DNA of 64,000 bases from Patescibacteria group bacterium (GCA_040384485.1 JAZKJH010000004.1:5928-69927), one strand, 5' to 3'; counted from the first letter of the stretch, positions 40,448-50,402 are shown. Numbers and translations: made by a program. The notes: generated from the letters alone by a model not told the origin.

Positions 40448-41498
40448 GTTTGTTTGATACTGACTCTATCACTTTTTTAAGTTCCAAACCAAGTGTTTCA
40501 ATTGAGGAAACTCTGTTTAACTTATCCTTACCTCTTTTGGCTACAATCTCCGCATTTTGTATATCAGCCTTAACTTTTAGTATCCCATCAGCTATGGCTT
40601 CTGGAGAATAGGCTTTTACTGTAAAAATCTCTCCAGGGTTGAATACCTCTCGTATTGCAGGTGTATCTGCTGTTATAACAGGCTTACTTGCCGAAACACA
40701 CTCATATACCTTGTTAGGTATCACTCGTTTTGTTTTGTCAGTTTTACCAAATATACCCAAACATACGTCTGCCTGACCCACTCTCTCTGCAAGTTGCTCT
40801 ATAGATAGATTTCCAACAAAATCTACATTTTTAATATTTAAAGTGCTCGCTAGGTTTAAGATATTCTTTTTTTCTTGTCCATCACCTATTATATCGAAAA
40901 CGATATCCGCATGTTCATCTAGAATTTTAGCGGCGCGAACGACATATTCTATACCTTGTAGCGGAATAAAGTGTCCATAAAGTAAAACTTTAAAATAACT
41001 ATTTTGTTTTTTTTCTCTTGGGTAAAAAAGTGAAGTATCAGCTCCAACTAAAATTCTCTTGAACTTTGATTCTTTTATACCAAATTCTTTTGAAACATAT
41101 TTTATATGTTCGTTTGTATCAAAAAGTATGAAGTCAGCAAGTGTTAATGATATTTTGTCTAAGCACCAAAAGTATAGTGCTCTAAGTGAGCCCTTTTTTA
41201 TCAAGCCTCTGTCCATAACCATTGAGTCGTAGATAGAAACAAATGCATCAAAAACTATAGGTTTTCTTGTAATAAGTCTGGCCAATATCATAGCCTGAAA
41301 ACCAGGATAACCGACAACCATTACTTCATAATTCCCCTTCAAGGTCCTATGCTTTTTCCACAGATCTATATATTTATTAAAGCCTTTTACCTTAGAAGAA
41401 CATTCTACTACCTCTACTCCATTAAGACTGAGTCCTTTTATTAAAACCTTGTTTCTATTATAGCTAGCGTCGTATATCCCAAAATAACAGACTTTCAT
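40437..41498 (-). CDS. Glycosyltransferase family 4
   Basis: MKVCYFGIYD N-terminus, C-terminal GT1 domain (ECVSASKPVIT). Confidence 0.7.
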   Translation of the reverse strand: MKVCYFGIYDASYNRNKVLIKGLSLNGVEVVECSSKVKGFNKYIDLWKKHRTLKGNYEVMVVGYPGFQAMILARLITRKPIVFDAFVSIYDSMVMDRGLIKKGSLRALYFWCLDKISLTLADFILFDTNEHIKYVSKEFGIKESKFKRILVGADTSLFYPREKKQNSYFKVLLYGHFIPLQGIEYVVRAAKILDEHADIVFDIIGDGQEKKNILNLASTLNIKNVDFVGNLSIEQLAERVGQADVCLGIFGKTDKTKRVIPNKVYECVSASKPVITADTPAIREVFNPGEIFTVKAYSPEAIADGILKVKADIQNAEIVAKRGKDKLNRVSSIETLGLELKKVIESVSNKHEL

Positions 41499-41501
41499 AT
41501 T

Positions 41502-42551
41502 CTATTTTTTATATATTTCCTCGGAGATTTTACCGACCAAACTCTCAACACTAAAATCTTTCCGGATTTTGTTACTCAAATACAAAACAACATCAGCCAC
41601 ATCCTTGTTTTCCAGTGATAGTTGTATTTTAGAAAGCAGACTATCAGAATCTCGATAATTATATGAAAAAAGTGGGTTATATTTTTCAAAAACTGAAGTA
41701 AAAATGGTGTTAGTAGTGAAAGTAGGTATGCCTAAAAGTATCGTCTCCAACACTGCCTTGTCCATCCCCCCGTTTGGAGCTAGGTTTACTGCGATGTTTA
41801 TATCCTTGGTTACTTCAGCTATTTTTTCTTGCGCAACCCAACCTCTAAAAAAGACTTTGTTCATTATCTTTCCCTCAGCTATTAGAGACTCTAAAGTTTT
41901 TCTGTATTCTAAATCCTTATCACCTATAGCATCCCCAAAGAAGTGTAGTTCTGAATCAATACCATAGCTGTTTAGTTTGACTACAGTCTCCACCAAAACA
42001 TCTACATTTTTTATAGGAGTAATTCTACCTATATGACAAACTCTTAACACATTTCTGTCGTAAAGGTGTGGAGAAAAGGGATAGTTTTCCACTTTGATAC
42101 CGTGCCCAACATAAACCACCTTATCACTCTCTATACCAAAACTCTCTTTTCCGGATGTAAAAACCTTTTTAACAAACAACATTGCTAGTTTCAGTTTTGT
42201 ATCTACTTTCTTATGAACATACCAAAGATAAACTGGTATATTTTTGAACCTCCAGTGTAATCCCAAAAGAACAATATACACTGGGTTCATGTGAACGAAA
42301 ACTGAATCATACCTTAAGGAAAGCTGTTTGATATAAGCAAATAGGTTTTTTATATAGCCAATATTTCCAACACCTTTTTCCTTACCTAGAGAATACACAA
42401 AAACATTGGTCGGCAAAGCATGGTCGCCTTCATAAAGACAGATAACATAAACCTCAGTAAATTTCTTTGAAAACTCTATTAACCAGTTATGGAAAAAACC
42501 CAGAACTGGGTCACTACTATCCACTTTCTGTGTAAAAATCAGGATCCTCAT
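41502..42551 (-). CDS. Glycosyltransferase family 4-like
   Basis: MRILIFTQK start, GT-B two-domain layout. Confidence 0.6.
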   Translation of the reverse strand: MRILIFTQKVDSSDPVLGFFHNWLIEFSKKFTEVYVICLYEGDHALPTNVFVYSLGKEKGVGNIGYIKNLFAYIKQLSLRYDSVFVHMNPVYIVLLGLHWRFKNIPVYLWYVHKKVDTKLKLAMLFVKKVFTSGKESFGIESDKVVYVGHGIKVENYPFSPHLYDRNVLRVCHIGRITPIKNVDVLVETVVKLNSYGIDSELHFFGDAIGDKDLEYRKTLESLIAEGKIMNKVFFRGWVAQEKIAEVTKDINIAVNLAPNGGMDKAVLETILLGIPTFTTNTIFTSVFEKYNPLFSYNYRDSDSLLSKIQLSLENKDVADVVLYLSNKIRKDFSVESLVGKISEEIYKK

Positions 42552-42976
42552 ACGGTTTTATATTTAAAAATTCTTCTAGAAATAAAGAAAGTAAAACATG
42601 CTACGGTCGCCCCAGCAAAAATCTGAGATAGTAAAACAGCCAAATGCATTTTTTCTACAAAGATATACATGAGCAAAGTGTTCACTCCTAGACTAAACAA
42701 AGATGAAGCTAGGTAAATAAAGGATTGTCTTTGGATACCTTCTGTAGAAACATTTTTAAAAGTCCAAAACTTTTGCAAAATAAAACTAACAAAAAATGCT
42801 ACACAAAAAGCTATGATGGACGAGAGAAGGTAATGAACACCGACCACATGATACAAAAAAGAAAGTAGTAACAAATCCACAACAGCCGAAGTGCCTCCAG
42901 AAGCTACGTAGCGTAAAATAACATACTTATCAAAAAGTCCCCATCCCCAATCCCAACCTTTTTTTATAATACTCAT
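42548..42976 (-). CDS. GtrA-family membrane protein (polyprenol-sugar flippase-like)
   Basis: 142 aa with four TM segments. YVASGGTSAVVDLLLLSFLY and KFWTFKN are typical GtrA motifs. Confidence 0.7.
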   Translation of the reverse strand: MSIIKKGWDWGWGLFDKYVILRYVASGGTSAVVDLLLLSFLYHVVGVHYLLSSIIAFCVAFFVSFILQKFWTFKNVSTEGIQRQSFIYLASSLFSLGVNTLLMYIFVEKMHLAVLLSQIFAGATVACFTFFISRRIFKYKTV

Positions 42977-44109
42977 TTAGCGGTTTTGTTTAGATACTCA
43001 ATATATAGATTAACATAATCCTGAAAAGTTAAAGCTATTGACCTGATGTCATTTTGCATTTTGTGTTTTCTTTCTTCCCTTGCTTGATTATTCTCTATTG
43101 TGTTTATGACAGCATCGGAAATACAGATATCATCAAAGGTCTCGCAAATAACGGAGTTTATTTTGTTTACAAATAGATCTGTTTTGGCCAGGCCGACTTT
43201 TGTAGTCACGATAGGACAACCGGAAGCTCCTGCTTCAATAAGGGTCATGCCGTATCCTTCGTATTTTGAGGTAAGTAAAAATAAATCAGCAGTTTTATAT
43301 AGAGAAATTAAGTCTTTTTCCCAGCCAATAAATCTCACATTTTTGTTTATTCCGATTTTACTAGAGATACTTTCTAGGTTTTTTCTTTCACTACCCTCTC
43401 CTGCTATGACTAGTCCGGTCTGGGGATATTTTTCTAAAACTTTTTTAAATGCAACTATTGCTGTATCTATATTTTTCTCTTTCTCTAGTCGAGAAGCCAT
43501 TAAAACAATAAATTTGAATTCTGGAAATTCTGTACCTAAATTTCTTGCTGGAATTGTGTTTATGATTTTCTCGATGCTTATAAATACAGGTAAAATATCT
43601 ATTTTATCAGCTAGTTTTGGGTACTTTTTTACAATTGAGTCTCGTACAACACTACTGACCGCACGAATTCTGGATGCCCCATGAACAACAATACTTGCGA
43701 TAAAAACCCTTACCAAATTAAAAAATGATTTTTTAAATTCTGAACTCAAATAATCAGTATGAACTTGAATCTGCAGAGGAACCTCAAAAAACTTTGAGAT
43801 GACTAGACCGACAAAACCGGTTTGAAAAATATCCTGTGTTGAAATAACAATGTCATCATTTTTGCCTGATGATTTAAAAATATTTTTTACTAAAAAAATC
43901 GCGTCTAATACATATAGCCATTGGGAAATTGAGTTGGTCGGATAAATATGTAAATTTCCAAAACTTTTAAACTCATGTTTTTCTTTTCTTGTTGTGAATA
44001 CAACTATATGCAACTCTTCCATGCGTTTCGCATACTCCAAATTACGCAAAAGAACCTGACTTCCCTCTTCGAACAATTTTCTATCTGTTCCTATTGATAT
44101 GACTTTCAT
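42973..44109 (-). CDS. Glycosyltransferase family 4
   Basis: MKVISIGTDR start at 44109. It forms an ATGA overlap with the stop of the upstream gene, suggesting translational coupling. C-terminal EGYGMTLIEAGASGCPIVTT. Confidence 0.7.
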   Translation of the reverse strand: MKVISIGTDRKLFEEGSQVLLRNLEYAKRMEELHIVVFTTRKEKHEFKSFGNLHIYPTNSISQWLYVLDAIFLVKNIFKSSGKNDDIVISTQDIFQTGFVGLVISKFFEVPLQIQVHTDYLSSEFKKSFFNLVRVFIASIVVHGASRIRAVSSVVRDSIVKKYPKLADKIDILPVFISIEKIINTIPARNLGTEFPEFKFIVLMASRLEKEKNIDTAIVAFKKVLEKYPQTGLVIAGEGSERKNLESISSKIGINKNVRFIGWEKDLISLYKTADLFLLTSKYEGYGMTLIEAGASGCPIVTTKVGLAKTDLFVNKINSVICETFDDICISDAVINTIENNQAREERKHKMQNDIRSIALTFQDYVNLYIEYLNKTAK

Positions 44110-45128
44110 TGTGCAGAATTTGTTATTGCAATAAATTCCTCGGCAATCTCTTCCCAAGTATGGGTGAAATTAAAGTTTTTTACCCTTTCTTTTGCTCTCT
44201 CATAAGCTTCTTTATCCAAAAACTCAAGTATGGCCTTCTCTATTTCGTCTTCATTCAATGGATCCACAAAAGTACCTGCGTCTTTTATCCTATCGTATAT
44301 ACCCACCTCTTTAGTACAGATAAAAGGCTTATTGTACCTAATAGCATCCAATATCATATTCGGACTGATGTCTCCTAGGGAAACTAGGATCACCGCTCTA
44401 GAAAGTTTGATCTTCTTCATAAATTCCAAGAAGGTTAGATTCTCTGTAAGTAAATGAATACTGTGTGCTTGACTTACTTTCTCTGCCACCTTTCTTAGAG
44501 TATTTATGTTTTTCCATTTTAAATCACGTACGGATGCAACAAACAGATTTGAGTCAGTTTCGAATACTCCTTCCTTTGGACCATAATAGTTTTCAATTAT
44601 TGATGTTTTGGAAATATCCATGACATAAGCTGGAACAAAAATTTGTTTTTGCCACTCGGTAGAAAACACTACACGCGATGCATTATTTAAAGTCCATTTA
44701 GTTATTGAATATATTATTTTTTCTTTATATGTAAGAAAACCAGCTTCTGTCTCATAAAAGTTTCTTAACAGTATCGGTTTACTTGTTCTCTCTACATACT
44801 GCTCCCAAAGAAAGTCCCCTCCAGTTCGAATAATAACTTTTTTACCAAAGACCTTTCCCAAAAAAACACTAGGTGCTCCTACAGAAAAGGTATCTAGAGC
44901 AAAAACAACATCGCTTTTTAAAAATTGTGGAATAACTTTTACGGCAAACCACAAATGACGCACCCCTGTTGGTAGAATATTTTCTATTCCAAAAGTCTTT
45001 ACAGAAACTCTATGCCCTTTCTTTTCAAACTCTTCTTTCAAGTTCTTTGCATACTGGGCTGGTCCACCTATTTTAGGGGGGTATATACCCGTTGTTATTA
45101 AAATATTTAGTTTAGAATTCATTTGCAT
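44106..45128 (-). CDS. Glycosyltransferase family 4-like
   Basis: LNILITTGIYPPKIGGPAQYA N-terminus, GT-B fold. Confidence 0.55.
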   Translation of the reverse strand: MQMNSKLNILITTGIYPPKIGGPAQYAKNLKEEFEKKGHRVSVKTFGIENILPTGVRHLWFAVKVIPQFLKSDVVFALDTFSVGAPSVFLGKVFGKKVIIRTGGDFLWEQYVERTSKPILLRNFYETEAGFLTYKEKIIYSITKWTLNNASRVVFSTEWQKQIFVPAYVMDISKTSIIENYYGPKEGVFETDSNLFVASVRDLKWKNINTLRKVAEKVSQAHSIHLLTENLTFLEFMKKIKLSRAVILVSLGDISPNMILDAIRYNKPFICTKEVGIYDRIKDAGTFVDPLNEDEIEKAILEFLDKEAYERAKERVKNFNFTHTWEEIAEEFIAITNSAQ

Positions 45129-46302
45129 TTACTGTAAGTTTATTAAAAACATCTTTCATTCCTTCAGTTATTTTATCCCAACCGTATTTTGTGGAGGCTA
45201 CCCTTTTGCCGTTATTTGACAACTTGATGTACAAGTCTTTGTCGTTCAATAATGTATTAACCGCTCTAGCTACGCTTTGAGGATTGTCGGGCGAACAGAA
45301 AATTCCCGTCTCCTTGTCGTCTATAAAGTCTGGGATTCCTCCAACTGGAGTTGCGACTACTGGCAACCCGCTTGCCATAGCTTCTATAAAAGAGTTTCCG
45401 AAACCTTCTGAGCGACTTGGTCTAATAAAAATATCACATACAGAAAAATACCTCGGGATGTCTTTGTAATCCAAAAAACCCAAGAAGCGCACCCTGTCAG
45501 ATACACCTAGCTCCTTAGCCAACGCCTGCAGCTTGTGCCCCTCTTCTCCTTTACCGATAACCATAAACACTACCCTTTTTGGCAGGTGCGTGAGAGCCCT
45601 CACAACATCGTCTACTGCATTTTTGTGTGTGAGTCGGCCTGTAGTAACCAAAAACACTTCATCTGCTTTCTTATTAAGCATCAGAGCCATTTCTGCTTTC
45701 TCTTCTACTGTGAACTGTTTGGTAAATACCTCTAAATCAACTCCATTAGGGACCAAAACTGCCTCGCCTGTAAAACCATTTTTCTTTGCACGCTGGATCA
45801 AAAAAGTACTGATACCTGTAACTATGTGTGTAAGCCTAAGGGAAAGTTTCCATGACAGTGCAATTAACCCAAACCACCTATAGGTTAAATGATTCTCTGA
45901 GTCCCCTTCTTGTAGAGTTAAGATTATTGGAATTCTTCTTTTTCTTGTAAAAAATCTGAAAATATTAAATATATATCCAGCTCCTGTCCCAAAAGTCACC
46001 ATCATTCCCCAAATCAAAAAATAATTATTTTTATAATTTAGTTTGTTGATAAGTATTGCACCTCTAAAAGGTAACAAAAGTTTATCAATGGTTTCTGAGC
46101 CCATCCCCACACGATACACATTAACATTTCCAATTTTTTCAAAGTCTGGAAGGTCTTTTCGTATTTTTGCAGTAACAAGATCGAAGTCAAAACTTTCTCC
46201 CAGTCGTCTGGTTATTTCTGTTATAGCAACCTCTGCACCTCCAACAAAGGGATAATAGGCGGTGGATAGCACCAAAACTCTTTTTTTACTATTCGTAGAC
46301 AT
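45112..46302 (-). CDS. Glycosyltransferase family 4
   Basis: RVLVLSTAYYPFVGGAEV, and SEGFGNSFIEAMASGLPVVAT (the E-x7-E region). Confidence 0.75.
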   Translation of the reverse strand: MSTNSKKRVLVLSTAYYPFVGGAEVAITEITRRLGESFDFDLVTAKIRKDLPDFEKIGNVNVYRVGMGSETIDKLLLPFRGAILINKLNYKNNYFLIWGMMVTFGTGAGYIFNIFRFFTRKRRIPIILTLQEGDSENHLTYRWFGLIALSWKLSLRLTHIVTGISTFLIQRAKKNGFTGEAVLVPNGVDLEVFTKQFTVEEKAEMALMLNKKADEVFLVTTGRLTHKNAVDDVVRALTHLPKRVVFMVIGKGEEGHKLQALAKELGVSDRVRFLGFLDYKDIPRYFSVCDIFIRPSRSEGFGNSFIEAMASGLPVVATPVGGIPDFIDDKETGIFCSPDNPQSVARAVNTLLNDKDLYIKLSNNGKRVASTKYGWDKITEGMKDVFNKLTVNANEF

Positions 46303-46320
46303 TCGTATCTTCTGTTGATT

Positions 46321-48177
46321 TTACTGTAATAAGTCTCGTAAGACGCTCTCCGGAACTTCTTTCTTTGTATTTATAGTAGTGGTTTCTGGTTTTTTGGCAA
46401 TAGGTTCTTCAGTTCTTGGTTTTGGTTCTACTTTTTCTTGAGTTCTAGGTTCTATTTTCGGTACATATTCTGGTGCTGCCTTTTTTGCTCCTGCCACAAC
46501 TGATGCCAAAGCATCCTTAAGACTACTTAAGTTTTCTTTGGATGGATTTTTTTTAATTGTGTGAGTATCAAATGGTTTAAAATCTCTTGGCTGTCCTACT
46601 GGTGCCGGTCTGTTGTTTCCATTAAAAAGTTGAGTCGAAGCATCTTTAAAAACTTTTTTGACTTCAACATTTTCCTTTGGTCTTTGTTCGTCCCTGACTT
46701 CTGGCCTAGGCTCTGGTCTGCGTTCTTGTCGCTGTTCTGGTCTCTGTTCAATTCTTGGCTCGGGTCTACTGTCCTGTCTTGGAGCTTGTCGAGTATCTGG
46801 CCTAGAGTTGTTACCGAACTGTTCTCTCGGTTTGTTGTTATAACCCTCTCCCTCTTTCTGTCCGCCGTTTGTAGGCCTATTACTGTTATTACTTTCTCCG
46901 AACCAGTCAGTAATATCTTTTTCTACCAATGCTCTTGGTCTACCGAACTGATCTCTCGATGCTTGTATAACTGCATCCTTAAAGTCTATCTTATCTTTAG
47001 CTATAGGACCCATAGTTGTTGCAGAAAAAGGGTGACTAGAAACCCCGTCAATCATGAGTTTCAAATATATCTGCGTAAAACCTAGATTTACTAAGTCTGT
47101 CGCCATAAAAGCAGGAGAGAATTCCTTTTCTAAGACTTCAGCATCAAAAGCTCCCACTCTAAAAGAGATCATGGTTCCCACGTTACCAAAAACCGCGTTG
47201 CGCACCTCTTCTTCCATCTGTTCAATATACTGGTGAGCGATAGTAAGATTTAAGTTGTATTTTCTTGCTTCAGACAGAATGTCTGCAAAAGACTTGTTAG
47301 CAAAAGACTGAAATTCGTCCACATATAAATAAAAGTTTGGGAGTTTTTCGATCTCGGCCTTATTTTTATCAGCTCGAGACATCGCCGCTAGATAGATTTT
47401 AGTAATAAGCATGGCACCAAGCAAACTAGCATTACCCTCTCCCACTCTACCTTTTGATAAGTTAACAATTAGGATTTTTTTCTCATCCATCATTTGTCTT
47501 ACATCAAAAGTAGACTTGGATTGACCGAGCAGGTTTCTAACTAAAGGGTTAGCTGTAAACTGTCCGACTTTGTTTTGAATAGCAGGAATCGCCTCTGCAA
47601 TAAACTTTTCTGTCCATTTTCCAAACTCATCAACCCAAAAAGCTTTTACTGAAGTGTCTGTTATATTATCCACGACCTTCTTTCTGTATTCTTTATCTGA
47701 AAGCATTCTGTTTACACCTAAAAGAGTTGCCCCGGGATATTCCAAAAGTGCAAGAAGAGTGTTCTGAAGAATATACGCCATACGAGCAGACCAAGCATCT
47801 ACCCAGATTTTTTCAAAAGTAGACATGAGTCCATTTACCACTAAGTGACGCTTGTCTGGACCGATATCTTCCATAACATTGAAAGAAATAGGATATTCCA
47901 TATCAAACGGTGCAAAATATAACACATCTTTTATTCGGTGTTCTGGAACGTATTCGAGTAGTTTATCGGCAGTACCCCCGTGTGGATCGATAAAGGCCAT
48001 ACCATTACCATTCTGAATATCCTGAATAGCCATGTTTTCAAGTAGCGTTGACTTACCCATACCCGTCTTACCGATAATGTACATGTGCTTCAAACGGTCT
48101 TTGGCTCTTATGCCAAACTTAACCTTTTTGTTTCGAGCGTCAGTTTCTCCAAAATATGTTATTGAGTTGGGATCCAT
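46321..48177 (-). CDS. HerA/FtsK/TraD-superfamily P-loop ATPase (DUF87/T4SS-coupling-protein-like) with a disordered repetitive C-terminus
   Basis: Walker A IIGKTGMGKST, Walker B LYVDEFQ, and TIAHQ (sensor). The C-terminal roughly 200 aa are low-complexity P/R/E/Q repeats (RPEPRIEQRPEQRQERRPEPRPEVRDEQRP). Start MDPNSITYFG at 48177. Confidence 0.6.
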   Translation of the reverse strand: MDPNSITYFGETDARNKKVKFGIRAKDRLKHMYIIGKTGMGKSTLLENMAIQDIQNGNGMAFIDPHGGTADKLLEYVPEHRIKDVLYFAPFDMEYPISFNVMEDIGPDKRHLVVNGLMSTFEKIWVDAWSARMAYILQNTLLALLEYPGATLLGVNRMLSDKEYRKKVVDNITDTSVKAFWVDEFGKWTEKFIAEAIPAIQNKVGQFTANPLVRNLLGQSKSTFDVRQMMDEKKILIVNLSKGRVGEGNASLLGAMLITKIYLAAMSRADKNKAEIEKLPNFYLYVDEFQSFANKSFADILSEARKYNLNLTIAHQYIEQMEEEVRNAVFGNVGTMISFRVGAFDAEVLEKEFSPAFMATDLVNLGFTQIYLKLMIDGVSSHPFSATTMGPIAKDKIDFKDAVIQASRDQFGRPRALVEKDITDWFGESNNSNRPTNGGQKEGEGYNNKPREQFGNNSRPDTRQAPRQDSRPEPRIEQRPEQRQERRPEPRPEVRDEQRPKENVEVKKVFKDASTQLFNGNNRPAPVGQPRDFKPFDTHTIKKNPSKENLSSLKDALASVVAGAKKAAPEYVPKIEPRTQEKVEPKPRTEEPIAKKPETTTINTKKEVPESVLRDLLQ

Positions 48178-48180
48178 GTG

Positions 48181-48205
48181 GCTATAATTGTATAACAATT
48201 ATAGC
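48181..48205. promoter_or_regulatory. Perfect 25-bp palindrome overlapping the -10 box, 3 nt upstream of the ATPase start codon
   Basis: gctataattgt-ata-acaattatagc: 11-bp arms, TATAAT present on both strands. Confidence 0.4.
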
Positions 48206-48208
48206 TAT

Positions 48209-48237
48209 AAAAAAAGCTACCCATTTCTGAGTAGCTA
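48209..48237 (-). terminator. Rho-independent terminator for the 48275-49117 gene
   Basis: Minus-strand hairpin agctac-N10-gtagct followed by T7. Confidence 0.45.
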
Positions 48238-48274
48238 GTGGTTTTGAAAACAAGACGACAAAACTGAAACTTAC

Positions 48275-49117
48275 CTACCGAGAACCGAACCCTTTCACCA
48301 TTTCGATTTTCTTACGCGCAGCTACATCCGGAGAAAAGCTTCGATCGTAAAGCAAGAAGGTGGCACGAATGAAAATTACAGTTGCTGACGCACCCACCCC
48401 TTTAGAACTAGCGATTAGGTCAGGAAAAATCTGTTTTAGTAAAGTGTAGTTTAGATTCGGTTGTGACACACCTCGTTTCCTGAAGTCATCTCCAACCCTT
48501 CTAACCTCACTCTCGAGATAAGATCTGTACCCGGTAGGATTGAGCCTGTCCAGAATACCAAACTCAAACTCGTAGGCATCGACCTCCCTATAAAATTCAT
48601 AATTTGGGTCGTTGTTCCCATTCATTGGAAACCTTGCTTGAGTCCCGTGACGCATTTCATGTAAGAACACCAACCCACGTAGTAACCTAGGTAGATTCTG
48701 TTCTGGTTCAAACAAAATAGCGTTAACGTCAGGGTAGTGCCTTGCCAAAAAATTTACCCCAAGCATATCTTTCTTCCACTCGGTCGGTAAGCTTTCGGAG
48801 TTACATACTGGAACAAGTAGAATCCAAGCATCCCCCACATTAACCGGTATTGAGGTAAGGTGTCGAAAATTTTTCACACCTTTTTCCATAACGGGCTTTC
48901 CTACGATATGGTTCGAAATAATACTCGCGTACGTGCTCACTTCCTCGTCTTTTAGTTTAGATTTGGAAATCAAATCCACCCCATCCAACCAGGGCTGTAA
49001 ACACTTTCGAGCCTCAGCCAGTTCTTTGGTGTCCACTCTTTTTTGTTCAGGACTAGAAATTAGTACTGATGGAGCACACACTAAAAATAAGAAAAGAGAT
49101 ATCCTAAGAACATGCAT
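48275..49117 (-). CDS. Secreted hypothetical protein with HExxH motif (putative zinc metallopeptidase)
   Basis: Signal peptide MHVLRISLFLFLVCAPSVLIS, and LVFLHEMRHGTQ (HEMRH). Confidence 0.4.
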   Translation of the reverse strand: MHVLRISLFLFLVCAPSVLISSPEQKRVDTKELAEARKCLQPWLDGVDLISKSKLKDEEVSTYASIISNHIVGKPVMEKGVKNFRHLTSIPVNVGDAWILLVPVCNSESLPTEWKKDMLGVNFLARHYPDVNAILFEPEQNLPRLLRGLVFLHEMRHGTQARFPMNGNNDPNYEFYREVDAYEFEFGILDRLNPTGYRSYLESEVRRVGDDFRKRGVSQPNLNYTLLKQIFPDLIASSKGVGASATVIFIRATFLLYDRSFSPDVAARKKIEMVKGFGSR

Positions 49118-49217
49118 TCACTCACCCCTTTCAAGGCTAATTGGCAACTGTTTTACAAACTTTTCCGAAATTACAGTACTATTTTATACCGTGTTTGTCA
49201 AAAGAATAAATTGCCTT

Positions 49218-50399
49218 CTATTCAATTGAATCTAGTGCACCCACAGTGTATTTATTCGAAGCGGACCATAGTATCCAGGAATCAAGACCAACATCATATG
49301 TTGCTATTATTTGTGCACGTACTTCTACTGGTCCGTAATCAGCACCTAGGTCAAAGTCTTGTAGCCAGGGTCGCATTTCAGCCACCGTCTTTCCTGTTGT
49401 ACTCGCAAAGGCCTCAGCTCTATCGACTGCTGATTTCATAGAAAAATGAATTATCTCGTATGGGTGAGCTGCTGGGTTTTTATAACCTTGGAAGTTTGGA
49501 GGATAGTGAGACGGATAAACCATTGGCATTATGTAGTCAAAATAAGGTAGAGCAGTTTCTAACAACTGTCCGATTCCCATATCCCCTGTGGCATTAGTAA
49601 CCATTCCAAACAAATCGGCGGAAGTTTTCAGGTCGGGATATATAGCCAGCTTATCGTCCATGTATTTGAAAAAGTTTTCTAACACCACCGTTCTCTCTAT
49701 ATTAGTCGAAAAAGGATAAGATATATCTTTCATGTTTCCGTCAGATGGAAAACGAATATAATCAAAGTTAATTTCATCAAAACCGATGTTGTAACTTTCC
49801 TCAACTACCAAGAAAATATAATCCCAATATTCTTTTGAACCTGGATCAATCCAAGATATTCCCTTACGGTCTTTCCACACCGCAGTTCCTGCAAGATTTT
49901 TCACAGCCAATTCTGGCCTGTATTTAACAAAATACTGGTCTTGAAAAACAGCTATACGCGCTACTACATATATACCTTTTTCGTGAAGCGTTGCAATGAA
50001 TTCTTTTAAGTCCTTTGCACGTATTTCTTCAGAACCATATTTTTTTAGTTCTGGATTTTGAATAGGAAGAGTTAGTTTACCCGTATAATCCTTTATATCT
50101 ATAACTACGGTGTTTAACTCTGTGGTGTCTATTAGCTCAACCAGAGCACTACGAAGATCGTTTCTACTAGCGACCCAACTTGTCATATAAATCCCCTTTA
50201 CTGCATCGGGTGTAGATATATGTGTTGGGATATATTTTTCTTCTTTAGCTTCTATTGGAGTAGCGACAGCTTTATCCGAGCCTGGAAAAACATAGTGAGT
50301 AGAAAAAAGTTCCGGCAGTATAAAGACGAGACTTACCGCAAATAAAAAACAAACAAACCAAAATATTTTATGCTTGTTTGTTTTTATTATTTTATTCAT
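49218..50399 (-). CDS. Putative TIM-barrel glycoside-hydrolase-like protein (GHL10/DUF4015-like)
   Basis: N-terminal anchor, then a domain resembling GHL10 family members (VKGIYMTSW...NTVVIDIKD...YVVARIAVFQD). Family call is from memory. Confidence 0.35.
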   Translation of the reverse strand: MNKIIKTNKHKIFWFVCFLFAVSLVFILPELFSTHYVFPGSDKAVATPIEAKEEKYIPTHISTPDAVKGIYMTSWVASRNDLRSALVELIDTTELNTVVIDIKDYTGKLTLPIQNPELKKYGSEEIRAKDLKEFIATLHEKGIYVVARIAVFQDQYFVKYRPELAVKNLAGTAVWKDRKGISWIDPGSKEYWDYIFLVVEESYNIGFDEINFDYIRFPSDGNMKDISYPFSTNIERTVVLENFFKYMDDKLAIYPDLKTSADLFGMVTNATGDMGIGQLLETALPYFDYIMPMVYPSHYPPNFQGYKNPAAHPYEIIHFSMKSAVDRAEAFASTTGKTVAEMRPWLQDFDLGADYGPVEVRAQIIATYDVGLDSWILWSASNKYTVGALDSIE

Positions 50400-50402
50400 A
50401 TG

